Virus record (IMG/VR): IMGVR_UViG_3300017700_000389
Span: 1 to 44,265 of that record
Direction: 5' to 3' (one strand)
Length of the DNA stretch: 44,265 bases
From: a virus
Lineage: Duplodnaviria > Caudoviricetes
Shown here: positions 1 to 9,915 of the stretch, piece by piece
Position numbering within the stretch: the first letter of the stretch is position 1
Layout: each line of letters opens with the position of its first letter
Program-made: the position numbers and the translations under genes
The notes under the pieces: model-generated
What the model was told of the DNA's origin: nothing
Database searches by the model: none
Seen by the model: only the letters and a program-made list of their open reading frames with translations

Positions 1-123
1 GCGTGGCAGAAGGAACTGCTGGCAAGCCAATTGACCTGACAAATCAGGCAGCAGTGGAACTGTACCTTACCAAGAACATTGCTCGCAAGATCAATGCTAC
101 TCCAAGTCTCCTGAACATCATGA
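1..123 (+). repeat. Terminal direct repeat, left copy (circular assembly overlap)
   Basis: 1-123 is identical to 44143-44265 and lies inside a reading frame that continues across the junction. Confidence 0.97.
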
Positions 124-149
124 CTACTATTCCTAACCTTGGGCCTTAA
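1..149 (+). CDS. C-terminal end of the internal virion protein that starts at 42471
   Basis: Frame reads ...VAEGTAGKPIDLTNQAAVELYLTKNIARKINATPSLLNIMTTIPNLGP-stop (TAA 147-149), 2 nt before the next ATG. Confidence 0.85.
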   Translation, partial: VAEGTAGKPIDLTNQAAVELYLTKNIARKINATPSLLNIMTTIPNLGP

Positions 150-151
150 TC

Positions 152-3100
152 ATGGGACTGTTTTCTGATTCACTCGCATACTCGTCGGACACTACTGCTA
201 CTCAGGCAGGAGACTACACGTTTGGTGAAAAGGCTGGCGCCGTAGTTGCTGGTGCTTTGGTGTCTGGCCTTGGCAGTATTTACAACACTGGTGTCGGTGC
301 TGTCAATGCTCTTGGCGGCGATGCTGAGGAAATTTCCACCTACAACACACTCAGTGGTATTGATACCAATTGGGCAGAGTATTACAAGAAGCATGAAACT
401 GCCATTGATGTTGGTGGTTTCATCGCAACTAGTCTGTTGCCTGGAGGTCTCGCAGTCAAGGGACTCAACGCATTTCGTGCTGGAGAGACTGCCAACGCAT
501 TTGGTCGTGGTCTCAATTTTGCACGCACACAGCAAGCACGACTGTTGAGCCAAGGACTGGATGAATTGGCCATTGAGGGTGGTAGTGTTTTCACGCGGCT
601 CAACAAGAACAAACTAGGAGCGATGGCGTGGGAGACAGCAGATCAAACTCTGCAAGCGGCTACTTTTGAACTCGCTGTTGCTCTCACTATGAAGCAGTCG
701 CCACTGTTGGCAGATGATTCTTGGTGGGACATTGGTAAGGGCATTGCCACTGGTGCTGTCTTGGGCGGTGCAATTGGCGGTGGTATCGGTTCGTTGCTAA
801 TTAACAAAGGATTCAAAGATGCTACAAAAGCTCTCGATCTCGTTGGCAATAAGTACACGGCTCTCAGCGGCCTTGAAAACCTTGGACTCGCTGGTGGCGA
901 TCAAGCTTACGGTATAATTAATGCCGTAACCAAAGTTCCTGAATCTGTCTTGGAAGCGGACAAGATCATGAACTTCTCATTCAACCTTGGCAGCGGCAAG
1001 GAAGTGTACAGCAAAGATGTTTCTGCTTACCTTGCAGGTGTTGCCAAGCAATCCACCAAAGCAGCGATGCAGGACTTTGAACTGCAACTGCGGAAACTGG
1101 CTGGCGCCGGTGCAGCTACTGGTGAAGGTGATGCAAGTGCGGCAGATGCCATGGCCAAGTTCATTCTTGGTAAGTACACGGAACTGAAAGCTGCAGGTGC
1201 CGGACCAATTCAGATTCGTGAGCAGCTTGGTGACAACCTGTTTAATCTCACTAAGGTGAGCGCTGCTACGGAAGAACGCTTGTACAACGCCAGCGATCTC
1301 ATGTACTTCAAGAAGTCTCTCACTCCTGAGGAACTCACTGGTATCAAAAGTATCGAAGACCTGCAGGATATGGTTGCTAAGAACACACCATTCGGTGGTA
1401 AGGGCAAGGATGCCTACTCTGAACCTTACGTGTTTCTCGGTACTCCTGAGCAGTACGCCGGCTTGAAAACTGCTGTTGTAGGTACTGGCGAAGCAGCAGA
1501 GTTTCCTACTCTCAAAGCTGCCTGGGAAGCAGGCTACCATGTCGCCATGCAACAGGATGGCACTCTTCGCATCAACGCTGGTGGTGGAATGTTCCGGCGC
1601 GTGGAAGATCCAATCTACGACACTCGTCGCTATCTCAATACTCGCACAGGTGCAATCACCGAAGACACTGTCCTCACTGCTGCTGACAAAGTCACACCCG
1701 GCAAGAGCATGAAAGTTTCTGATTGGGGAGTTGAGTATGAAACACCAAAAGGTGGAACTAAGCGGGAGTCTATGGCCAAAGTATTCAAGGAAGGATCAGA
1801 CCTTGATTATGTCACAGCACGCCATGCTTGGGCTAATAAGCTTCCTGACGCAGCAGTCCCGAGTGAAATCAATTCACGGGATTTTTCCTTGCTTGAAAGG
1901 GCCCGTAGTCTCAGTGACGACTTCAAAGACGAACTGAGCATTCGCATGCCAGATGGTTCTACCATTGCTGGAAGCAACATTGAAGACTTCCTTCTCAATG
2001 CCAAGGTCGATGGTTTGCGCGATGCGTTCCTCAGTGGTGAGAAGGACATTCGTGCTCTTGCTTACGAGTTCGCTACCACTGAGAAGTGGATTGAAAAGGT
2101 TGTTTCTTCTGAATTTGGTTCTGCTCTTCGCAGTCTCGAACCACTGAAGGATGGAATGTCTCGCAACATTGGTGAGTTCGCCAGTCGTGAGAATCTGGTA
2201 GCGCACTATGCTACTGCTGACCAATTCACTGCACTGCAAGCGATGAACGAAGGTATGAGTACTGCTGACAAAGTCGCACTCATTAAAGAGCAAGTCTCCC
2301 AAACTGGTGGACAGTTCGTCACTGGGGAACTGGCGTACGCCTACCGTGTACAGAATGCTGTAAAGGCGAATCAGAATGCTGCTGCCGCTGTACTGGGCGC
2401 CGATAAGTTTGCTACTCTCATCCGTCTCGATCAAGATGCTGCGAAACTCGCTGATAGTCTGGGAGCAGGTGCCACATTCTTGGGAGCAGCGAATGCTTCC
2501 TACGGTGAGACTCTTCGTCTCGCAGCGCAGGATATTGGCAAGAAGACTCATCAGTGGATTCAAGAAGCCAGCGACAATGTTGCTAGTTCCTTCTCCACTG
2601 TCAGTTCCAAACTCTTGGACAACAAAGCTGCTGCTGCAGAACTCGGCATTGTTACCAACATTCTCCGCAACGAAGGACGTGCTTACGTTCTTGATTCCAC
2701 TGACCTTGCTGGCAAGCGCTTGATTCTCCGCGATATTGAGAAGATCGCTGATCCTGCAAAACGCTTGGAACTGGAGACTGCTCTCAAAAGTGAAGGTGTT
2801 CGCACCAGTATTGACGTCATCAATGACGACACTATGGCGTTCCTCAAGACTCACCAGACTCTCAATGCTGATCGTGTTGGCAAAGAAGGTGTTCTCGTCA
2901 ATGCTCGCGGCCTCACTACTAACAAGGACCCAGCAGTCTTCTACGCTCCACCCATTGATACCAACTATTTCCAGCACTTTGCCTTTGTTCGTGGCATTGA
3001 AGGGAAAGCATTTGGCACCAGTGAAGTGGCAATGATCTTTGGCCGCGATGCCGCAGAGTTGCAACGTCGCATGAGTCTTGTTGATCGCGAGATGTTTGAT

Positions 3101-5284
3101 GTTATCACCAAGGATGGCAGTGAGCGGTACTTCAAAGCTAAGGGCGCCTACGACTTTGACCAAACTATCAATGAACGAAACATTGATTCGGCGCTGAAAC
3201 GTACTGGTGCTTTGGCGAACTTCTTCCCAGAAACACGGGCGGAAAACGTCATTGAAGACTATCTCAAATTCCACCAGAATCAGGCAAGCAAACTGGTTCG
3301 CAATGCTGTAGAGAGCAACTACTCGCAACAGGTTGCTGAGTTGCGTCAGCTTGGTTCCTCTTACGTGGAAGACGCTACCAGTAAGTTCCAAGGGACACTG
3401 CGTTCTGCTAAGAGTGAGATCGTCAATCCCTACGATGACGTCATCAAAACTATGATGGATGTTTCCAAGCGTAGTGAGTACACATTCTTCCACCAAGCCA
3501 ATGAGTTTGTTGATGCTCTTGGCACTCGTGCTTACGCCATCCTTAGTGATGTTACTGGCAAGGCTCAGAAGGGACTCATTGATTTCACGGAAGCGAATGC
3601 TATTGCTGAGAAGCATGGCATCAAGGGAATGTACTCCGACAAGGAAGCGTACTTTCTCAGCAATGCGCCACGCGATCGCAACCTTATCAAGGAGTCCATT
3701 GCTCGCGCAAACACTATCATTAGCAACTTGGTTCTTCGTTTCGACAGTGCGCAAGCTCTCATGAATGTGGTGTCAACTCCACTGTTGTTGTCAACAGAAC
3801 TCACAAGTATCAGGAACCTCGTCGCCAAAGACAGCGAACTCGCTGGTGCTCTCGCGCAACTCACAAGTGTGAAAGTTCCTGGCCAAGATGTGGCTGTGCC
3901 AAGCACAATGAAACTGCTAGGGAACAGCATTAAGAATTACTTTGGCCCTGACAAGGACATGCTGATTGCACGGTACACTGAGAATGGTGATATCAAAGGT
4001 ATCAGCAAACTGTACCACGAAGCGATTGGTGACCTCGGACTTTCCTCAGACTTCAAAGTCTTCAATGATGGTGTGTCTCGTGCTTCCGAGAAACTTGGAA
4101 AGATCACGGGTAACAACTGGGCTGAAGAATTCACACGTTTTGTCAGTGCTGACGTGATGAAGCAAGTAACAGATCCACTGTTGGCGAAAGGAGTCATCGA
4201 TCTTCCAACGCAGAATGCGTACATCAGTACCTTTGTCAATCGCGTGCAAGGCAACTACGTAACGTCACAACGTCCTGTTGTTTTCCAAGGTGTCCTTGGT
4301 GGCGCAGTCAGTTTGTTTCAAACATATAGTTTTAACTTGTTGCAGCAATTGCTCCGTCACGTAGAGTCTGGTGATAAGAAGGCAGTCGCTACTTTGTTTG
4401 GAATGCAGACAGGACTGTTCGGCCTCAATGGTTTGCCCATGTTCGATGCAGTCAATACTAATTTGATTGGCAATGCTGCAATCAATCAAGGTCACTACGA
4501 TGCCTACAGCATTGCACCAGGACTTCTTGGTAAGGAGATGGGTGATTGGTTGATGTACGGTAGCGTCAGTGCTATGCCACTTATCATGGGTGACAAAACT
4601 CCTGCACTGTACAGTCGCGGTGACATTAACCCACGGCACATGACAATCCTGCCAATGACGCCAGCAGACATTCCTGCAATTGATGCAAGTGTTCGCACTG
4701 TCAAGAATCTTGTTGACATTGGCAGCAAACTTGTTGGTGGTGCTGACGTTGGGCAGACCTTGTTGCAAGGATTGGAACACAATGGTTTGAACCGACCACT
4801 GGCAGGACTTGCTCAGGTTCTTGCCGGCCGTAGCACTACCAGTAAGGGCAACCTTATCAGTGCCAGCAGTGACATGGAGTTAGTAGCAAATGCTTCTCGC
4901 ATCCTTGGTGCTAAGCCGATGGATGAAGCAATCGCACTTAACAACATGTACCGTATTAAGAGCTACGTGGCGGCAGATCAGGATCGTATGAGTGCGCTGG
5001 GTGAACGCGTTAAGACTGCGCTGATTGGCAATCGCGTTCCTAGTACTGAGGACTTCAACAAGTATATGAAAGATTATACTGCTATCGGAGGACGACTGGA
5101 GTCGTTCAATGGCAGTATGCAGAAGTGGATGCGTGATGCTAATACTTCTGTTATCCAATCCATGACTCGGAATATGAACACTCCATATGCCCAGCGATTG
5201 AGCGAAATCATGGGAGGAACTCCGCTGCAAGATTATAGGAATACTCCTGCATCCGCAGCGGAGAATGCTGACGCGTTGCCTTAG
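152..5284 (+). CDS. Large internal virion (ejection) protein, 1710 aa
   Basis: Last and largest gene of the structural arm, Ala/Gly-rich N-terminus with hydrophobic glycine-rich segments; position typical of podovirus ejection proteins; no catalytic motif recognised. Confidence 0.7.
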   Translation: MGLFSDSLAYSSDTTATQAGDYTFGEKAGAVVAGALVSGLGSIYNTGVGAVNALGGDAEEISTYNTLSGIDTNWAEYYKKHETAIDVGGFIATSLLPGGLAVKGLNAFRAGETANAFGRGLNFARTQQARLLSQGLDELAIEGGSVFTRLNKNKLGAMAWETADQTLQAATFELAVALTMKQSPLLADDSWWDIGKGIATGAVLGGAIGGGIGSLLINKGFKDATKALDLVGNKYTALSGLENLGLAGGDQAYGIINAVTKVPESVLEADKIMNFSFNLGSGKEVYSKDVSAYLAGVAKQSTKAAMQDFELQLRKLAGAGAATGEGDASAADAMAKFILGKYTELKAAGAGPIQIREQLGDNLFNLTKVSAATEERLYNASDLMYFKKSLTPEELTGIKSIEDLQDMVAKNTPFGGKGKDAYSEPYVFLGTPEQYAGLKTAVVGTGEAAEFPTLKAAWEAGYHVAMQQDGTLRINAGGGMFRRVEDPIYDTRRYLNTRTGAITEDTVLTAADKVTPGKSMKVSDWGVEYETPKGGTKRESMAKVFKEGSDLDYVTARHAWANKLPDAAVPSEINSRDFSLLERARSLSDDFKDELSIRMPDGSTIAGSNIEDFLLNAKVDGLRDAFLSGEKDIRALAYEFATTEKWIEKVVSSEFGSALRSLEPLKDGMSRNIGEFASRENLVAHYATADQFTALQAMNEGMSTADKVALIKEQVSQTGGQFVTGELAYAYRVQNAVKANQNAAAAVLGADKFATLIRLDQDAAKLADSLGAGATFLGAANASYGETLRLAAQDIGKKTHQWIQEASDNVASSFSTVSSKLLDNKAAAAELGIVTNILRNEGRAYVLDSTDLAGKRLILRDIEKIADPAKRLELETALKSEGVRTSIDVINDDTMAFLKTHQTLNADRVGKEGVLVNARGLTTNKDPAVFYAPPIDTNYFQHFAFVRGIEGKAFGTSEVAMIFGRDAAELQRRMSLVDREMFDVITKDGSERYFKAKGAYDFDQTINERNIDSALKRTGALANFFPETRAENVIEDYLKFHQNQASKLVRNAVESNYSQQVAELRQLGSSYVEDATSKFQGTLRSAKSEIVNPYDDVIKTMMDVSKRSEYTFFHQANEFVDALGTRAYAILSDVTGKAQKGLIDFTEANAIAEKHGIKGMYSDKEAYFLSNAPRDRNLIKESIARANTIISNLVLRFDSAQALMNVVSTPLLLSTELTSIRNLVAKDSELAGALAQLTSVKVPGQDVAVPSTMKLLGNSIKNYFGPDKDMLIARYTENGDIKGISKLYHEAIGDLGLSSDFKVFNDGVSRASEKLGKITGNNWAEEFTRFVSADVMKQVTDPLLAKGVIDLPTQNAYISTFVNRVQGNYVTSQRPVVFQGVLGGAVSLFQTYSFNLLQQLLRHVESGDKKAVATLFGMQTGLFGLNGLPMFDAVNTNLIGNAAINQGHYDAYSIAPGLLGKEMGDWLMYGSVSAMPLIMGDKTPALYSRGDINPRHMTILPMTPADIPAIDASVRTVKNLVDIGSKLVGGADVGQTLLQGLEHNGLNRPLAGLAQVLAGRSTTSKGNLISASSDMELVANASRILGAKPMDEAIALNNMYRIKSYVAADQDRMSALGERVKTALIGNRVPSTEDFNKYMKDYTAIGGRLESFNGSMQKWMRDANTSVIQSMTRNMNTPYAQRLSEIMGGTPLQDYRNTPASAAENADALP

Positions 5285-6099
5285 TAAGGAGGCATCTTGT
5301 CAGTGAGGTGAGGATCTTCCTCCTGTTGACGTTCTGCTGCAGCAATTTCTGCTTCGTAGACAGTCAACAGTAACAATTCAATCTTTGGTTCAGGTTTCCA
5401 GTAATTTGGACCCTTCATTACTTTTCCAAGTTCATTCTTTATCGGCTGGCCGTCTGCTCCAAGTTTGGAGAAGTTCGACTGCATGATGATGTCAAGAACT
5501 TGTTGATTTGGGATGTTGAAGCGCTTCATTTCACTAGCACAGTAGACTTGAATGTCACCCATCAAGTCTGCCAGCATCGTGAATACTTCGAGGCGCCAAG
5601 GAGAACTCACTGGTGCAGTTTCCAAGTAACGAATAATGTCGTCGTACTCATTGACTTCATTCGTGAGGATAGTCTTGTAATTTCTGCAGCGTTCAAGAAT
5701 CTCCTCACGACTGGCAGTGTGCAGTTGCGTCAGTCCGTACATCTCATTGAACATCGCAACATCGAGTTCAAACTTGGTGTATGGAACTGGCAATTCCTTG
5801 TCAAGGACATAGTCAAAAGACACCTGCGCAGGATTGTGATAGACTCGAGGATTCACAGGGTCTTGCTTGAACTGCAATGGTGCCTTGCTAATATTCGCTT
5901 GTGCCCAGTAGTCTTGTTGCACACTTCCCGTAGTTATAACGTCTGCAAATTCCTTAATCACAGGAGGCGCATCGGGCCAAAGATTGCTCCCCCGCTGTAC
6001 CAGTTCTTTGAAAGCGCCAACTGCTTCTGGCGAATTGAAGCTGAACGAATTCCCGATGTTACCAAGTTCGCCCGCTGTGCATTCGATAATGATTGCCAT
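5281..6099 (-). CDS. MazG-like/PRA-PH family nucleoside triphosphate pyrophosphohydrolase with N-terminal extension
   Basis: Motifs EVNEY, DLMGDIQVY, IMQSNFSKLGADGQPI and GKVMKGPNYWKP; AGGAG RBS. Confidence 0.85.
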   Translation of the reverse strand: MAIIIECTAGELGNIGNSFSFNSPEAVGAFKELVQRGSNLWPDAPPVIKEFADVITTGSVQQDYWAQANISKAPLQFKQDPVNPRVYHNPAQVSFDYVLDKELPVPYTKFELDVAMFNEMYGLTQLHTASREEILERCRNYKTILTNEVNEYDDIIRYLETAPVSSPWRLEVFTMLADLMGDIQVYCASEMKRFNIPNQQVLDIIMQSNFSKLGADGQPIKNELGKVMKGPNYWKPEPKIELLLLTVYEAEIAAAERQQEEDPHLTDKMPPY

Positions 6100-6248
6100 T
6101 TGTTTCTCCTAAGCTCAGGATGTGTACGTCTACACTGATTGCAATATGGACTATACCCGTCGGAGTAGTGCCGAGATTGAATGAAGTTCTTTCTGCGAGA
6201 CAGTGTCTGCTTGCAGTGTTGGCAAATACAAAACACAGTGGGTTTCAT
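5958..6248 (-). CDS. Small zinc-finger protein (CxxC...CxxC), overlapping the start of the NTP-PPase gene
   Basis: CQHC...DGYSPYCNQC pattern; ATGA overlap with the stop of the upstream gene. Confidence 0.55.
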   Translation of the reverse strand: MKPTVFCICQHCKQTLSRRKNFIQSRHYSDGYSPYCNQCRRTHPELRRNKWQSLSNAQRANLVTSGIRSASIRQKQLALSKNWYSGGAIFGPMRLL

Positions 6249-7591
6249 ACTTTCCCCTTGAGTTCTTGCAGTAGATTGAAGTCCACGTACAATGCACTCC
6301 TGTTGATAGGTTTCTGCATTGCCAGGAATCCTGCAAACTTACCAGCCTTGCCATCTGGCGGTTGAATCTTCTTCGCTTGAATCAGACCAGACAGAATGTC
6401 TGTCAGTTGCTCGCGCTTGTCAAGGTCACGACTAACAACCTTCCACAAGTCTTCAAACGTGAGCGGCTTCTTCGCCTCATAGAGGGCACTCATTACATTC
6501 TGAGTTGCCTCACTGTTGCGACTCTTACCAAACTCACCAAGCGCCTTACTCATAACACCCTCAGCCTGCGAGAGGATAGTGTTAGCAAGGAGAACATCTT
6601 GCATGTCAATGCGAGTACTCAAGCGCATAGCAGTAACAACAAGGACAAGTTTCAACAGGTGCGTGAACCTGCGAGTGCTGTAATGCTTCAGGCGAAAATC
6701 ATCTAACTCTGGCCACGTACGGTAGATCATATCCAACGCACGCTTGGCCTCAGTAGTTACTGTTGCTTCCCCTTGAACTGATTCATTAATCCTGCCAAAA
6801 AATCCTCTGAGATCTTCCCCGAGTTGTTCAGGAGGTTTTGTAGGAAATGCAATTTTTCTTCCGCTTGGCTCACCATGGATGAGTAACAAGCGTGACATGA
6901 ATCCTTGTCCAATGGACTGAACTGGAAATGCTTCCTGGAACCCAGTATGGGTGTTTCCCCCAAGGATGGAAATAGTAGGTTGATAGATAGCGAGGCTTTT
7001 ACTATTCTTGAGTCGATGCTTGTAAGTAGTACTTTCATCGTCCCAATCCCACAAGCTGCCGAGGAGTGAGAGAAAATCAAGATTTCCACTTCCTGCGAAC
7101 TCGTTAAACTCGTCAGCGCAAATGAAGATTTCTCTAGCAATTCCGTCATGACTATTCGTGTTATCGGAAATTTCAAGATTTCTAAGGATATCTTCAGCTG
7201 TGAGATTTTCGCCATCACCCCTACTTCCTCGGGATTTTCTATTGGTTGCAGTTCCATAATCACGTTCTCCAAAATTGTCAGGGAGTCCTTCCAAATCTAG
7301 GAGGAACTTTTCCTTGGTTGTTTTCTCCGCAGCAAACTTCTCGTACCCGGTACCTGCAAGAATCTTTTTGCTTGTTTTAACTGCGCTGCTTTTCCGAGTC
7401 CCTGGATTTCCAATGAGCATGATGTAGCTGTTGGGGAAGATCCTAGTAGTTCCAAAGGGAAGGTAAAACTTCCGTCCAAGGAAGGCTCCAACACTAGCGA
7501 TAAGGCTCCATCGATGGAAAATAATTGGGCTCTCAGTATCTTTGACATACTCAAAGTATAAGTCAAAGAGGTCACGATCTGGTGTTGCCAT
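6245..7591 (-). CDS. DUF3987-like P-loop ATPase, putative replicative helicase-type protein
   Basis: N-terminal ESPIIFHRW, Walker A GNPGTRKSS, Walker B ICADEF, GFMSRLL; directly downstream of the DNA polymerase. Confidence 0.75.
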   Translation of the reverse strand: MATPDRDLFDLYFEYVKDTESPIIFHRWSLIASVGAFLGRKFYLPFGTTRIFPNSYIMLIGNPGTRKSSAVKTSKKILAGTGYEKFAAEKTTKEKFLLDLEGLPDNFGERDYGTATNRKSRGSRGDGENLTAEDILRNLEISDNTNSHDGIAREIFICADEFNEFAGSGNLDFLSLLGSLWDWDDESTTYKHRLKNSKSLAIYQPTISILGGNTHTGFQEAFPVQSIGQGFMSRLLLIHGEPSGRKIAFPTKPPEQLGEDLRGFFGRINESVQGEATVTTEAKRALDMIYRTWPELDDFRLKHYSTRRFTHLLKLVLVVTAMRLSTRIDMQDVLLANTILSQAEGVMSKALGEFGKSRNSEATQNVMSALYEAKKPLTFEDLWKVVSRDLDKREQLTDILSGLIQAKKIQPPDGKAGKFAGFLAMQKPINRSALYVDFNLLQELKGKV

Positions 7592-7604
7592 GATATGTGA
7601 AGGG

Positions 7605-9887
7605 TTATTTTAGTTCTGACCATCTTGTTTTGCCGCTGGAAATGTCACTAGGAATGTACATGTTCCTAGTAACGCCATCGGCCCCTTTGATTGAAACTGT
7701 TGTGTTCATAATCTGAGACACAATCTTTGGAGTGTCAGGATTAGAGACAAGATACTGGAAGAAGATACTGTCATGGATTTGTGCTTTCACCCGTACAATG
7801 TTTCGGAGAGGGCAATGAATCTCAACACCGTCTTTGTAGTAGGAGTTGTAAACACTTGCTCGCCAGACATTGTAGAACTCTTCGTTGATGATGTCAACTG
7901 AGAGATTCTGCGGTGGATGCGCAACTGCCGCATTAAGCATCGGCTTGTTTGCGCGCGATGGGCGACCGAAGAAAATACGAGTCCACCCACGAGGGCTAAC
8001 AATACGACCAGTGAGATTAACTTCCTTGATAACAGCATCATAGTAACGGCCCCGTACTCCTGGATATGTCCTGTCGTAAACTGCCAGTAGATGCTCGCAC
8101 ACTTTCTTAAGTGTCCAGTCAGCAGGAAGTTTCAACACTGCTTTCGCTTGTGCGACTTTGGCCGGCCCCATAGTTGCAAGCATCACAGTTGCACCCATGT
8201 TGTAGTTTGCACCATGGTTGGTACGCTTAGCTAGTTCACGGAGAATCTTGTCAAGAACAGTATGTGTTACTTCGTCGAAGATTTTTTCGTACGCTACTCC
8301 GAAGAAACTAGCGGCATTCCAACTGTGGTAATCATGCGGCCCTTCGACCAAGTCAATAAGGGCAGTTTCTCCAGCAAGGTAACCGACACACCGAGCTTCT
8401 GATTGTGCTTTGTCGATCTCGCATAGTAAGTAGCCGGGATCGGAAACAAGACATTGTTTGACAATCTTCCCACGCGGAATATTCTGGATCTGAAAGCCGC
8501 ACCAGTAGCTGCTTGCACTGCTTGCAAGTCTTCCGGTGTCTGTACCAGCGGGGTTAAGTTTATAATGGAGGCGGCCATGGTAGAAACTTTCAGGAACAAG
8601 ATAGTTGGTGAGAACTTTGCGATCACTCTTGATACTCTCAGATAGCGAGAGTATCTTATTGTTCAGTGGGTGGGCGGCCATCGCCTTAAGAGTTTCAGCT
8701 TTTCCGGTACCACCAAGATTGCCGCAGCCAAGAACAGTGAACAGTTTTGCCATCTGCTGCCAAGAACCAACATTGAAGTTCGGACCACTAGCAATCATGG
8801 TCTGGAATCTTGTAGTGTTGTCTTTGATCTTAGTTTCAATTTCCGATTTCACGCTTAAGAGTTTCTCTTCGTCAACAGCAATGCCTTCGATCTCGGCGGC
8901 TAGACACGGGAATACGAGTGGGAACTCTTTAAGGTAGTTGCGGATGGCATAAGACTCAGACTCCAACAGAAGAGCAAGGTAGCTACTAACAGTAGCCCAG
9001 CAATCTTTAGCATTGTAACGGTAATAATCTGTAATGCTTCCAGATTTCCCATCGTCTTTCCAGTAGCGAATATCCCGTATCGCATAAGCCGTAATGAAAT
9101 CCAAACGCTTCGGATACTCAGAAAACATAGAATGAAACAAGTGCTGAGTATCGTGAAGCCAGTTGAATACAGGAGCACCAAAACGCATAAAGTAGAGAGT
9201 GTCGTATAGTCCATTTTGCATCACCTTAGGTTGCGGGAGTTTGTTGAACTTGCGAATCCATTCCAGCATGAACATGGATGCAAAGGGAATAACAAGGCAC
9301 TCAATGGTATGAGTCTCAGCGAAGTACGCACCGTAACCAACACAGTTAATAGTACGGAGAGGATTGGGATCAGGAGTTTCAATGTCGATACTGATAAGAG
9401 TAGCGAGCCGCTCCCACCGCTCAAAGAATTCTGGCAGATTCTCTGGTGTTGCTATCGTCCACTTGAACGCAGGAGGAATGAAGAAACTAGCAGGATCTAC
9501 TAGTTTCTTGATGAACCGTGTAAGGGCCGCCTGAGCCCACCCGACTGTTTGTAAGTTTTTGAGGGGGTTTGCAAAGACGACAGGTATTCTATCACGGGGG
9601 GTATAAAGCAGGCTGCCCTGATAATCATCAAGAGTAACACCACGTCGATTGTTCGGCGGAATGAAGTCTGCTTGTGCGTATAGCAAAGTTTTGAGGAAAG
9701 CTTCATTGGTGCAAAGTATCCCATCAAGTTTGGTTGGGAGTTTACTGACACTATTCTCCAAGTCAGTAATGGTGAACGGCGTGGAAAGCTTAGACTTCCA
9801 AACTGTTTGTGTTCCTTTGGTACAGGTTCCCAGCAGTTGCTGGTAGCTGGAATCTTCAGGAGTACCAAGATGGAGAAGGGTTGGCAT
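7605..9887 (-). CDS. polA: Family A DNA polymerase with 3'-5' exonuclease
   Basis: Exo motifs SIDIET, QNGLYD, YNAKD; TDTGRLAS, QNIP; motif A DKAQSEAR, motif B RELAKRTNHGANY, motif C QIHDS. Confidence 0.95.
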   Translation of the reverse strand: MPTLLHLGTPEDSSYQQLLGTCTKGTQTVWKSKLSTPFTITDLENSVSKLPTKLDGILCTNEAFLKTLLYAQADFIPPNNRRGVTLDDYQGSLLYTPRDRIPVVFANPLKNLQTVGWAQAALTRFIKKLVDPASFFIPPAFKWTIATPENLPEFFERWERLATLISIDIETPDPNPLRTINCVGYGAYFAETHTIECLVIPFASMFMLEWIRKFNKLPQPKVMQNGLYDTLYFMRFGAPVFNWLHDTQHLFHSMFSEYPKRLDFITAYAIRDIRYWKDDGKSGSITDYYRYNAKDCWATVSSYLALLLESESYAIRNYLKEFPLVFPCLAAEIEGIAVDEEKLLSVKSEIETKIKDNTTRFQTMIASGPNFNVGSWQQMAKLFTVLGCGNLGGTGKAETLKAMAAHPLNNKILSLSESIKSDRKVLTNYLVPESFYHGRLHYKLNPAGTDTGRLASSASSYWCGFQIQNIPRGKIVKQCLVSDPGYLLCEIDKAQSEARCVGYLAGETALIDLVEGPHDYHSWNAASFFGVAYEKIFDEVTHTVLDKILRELAKRTNHGANYNMGATVMLATMGPAKVAQAKAVLKLPADWTLKKVCEHLLAVYDRTYPGVRGRYYDAVIKEVNLTGRIVSPRGWTRIFFGRPSRANKPMLNAAVAHPPQNLSVDIINEEFYNVWRASVYNSYYKDGVEIHCPLRNIVRVKAQIHDSIFFQYLVSNPDTPKIVSQIMNTTVSIKGADGVTRNMYIPSDISSGKTRWSELK

Positions 9888-9915
9888 AGTAGTTGTAGTG
9901 TTGGATACTGTTAAC

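Noticed and set aside
1-123. 123-bp terminal repeat as a biological direct terminal repeat
   Set aside because: It lies in the middle of a coding sequence that reads through the junction, so an assembly overlap of a circular contig is the simpler explanation
1874-3754. 626-aa minus-strand ORF and other long antisense ORFs (e.g. 31500-32507, 32630-33514, 40338-41312)
   Set aside because: Shadow frames of well-supported plus-strand genes, with no recognisable motifs
152-5284. Virion RNA polymerase or lytic transglycosylase domain in the 1710-aa protein
   Set aside because: No polymerase or transglycosylase catalytic motifs recognised; a structure search would be needed to exclude a divergent domain
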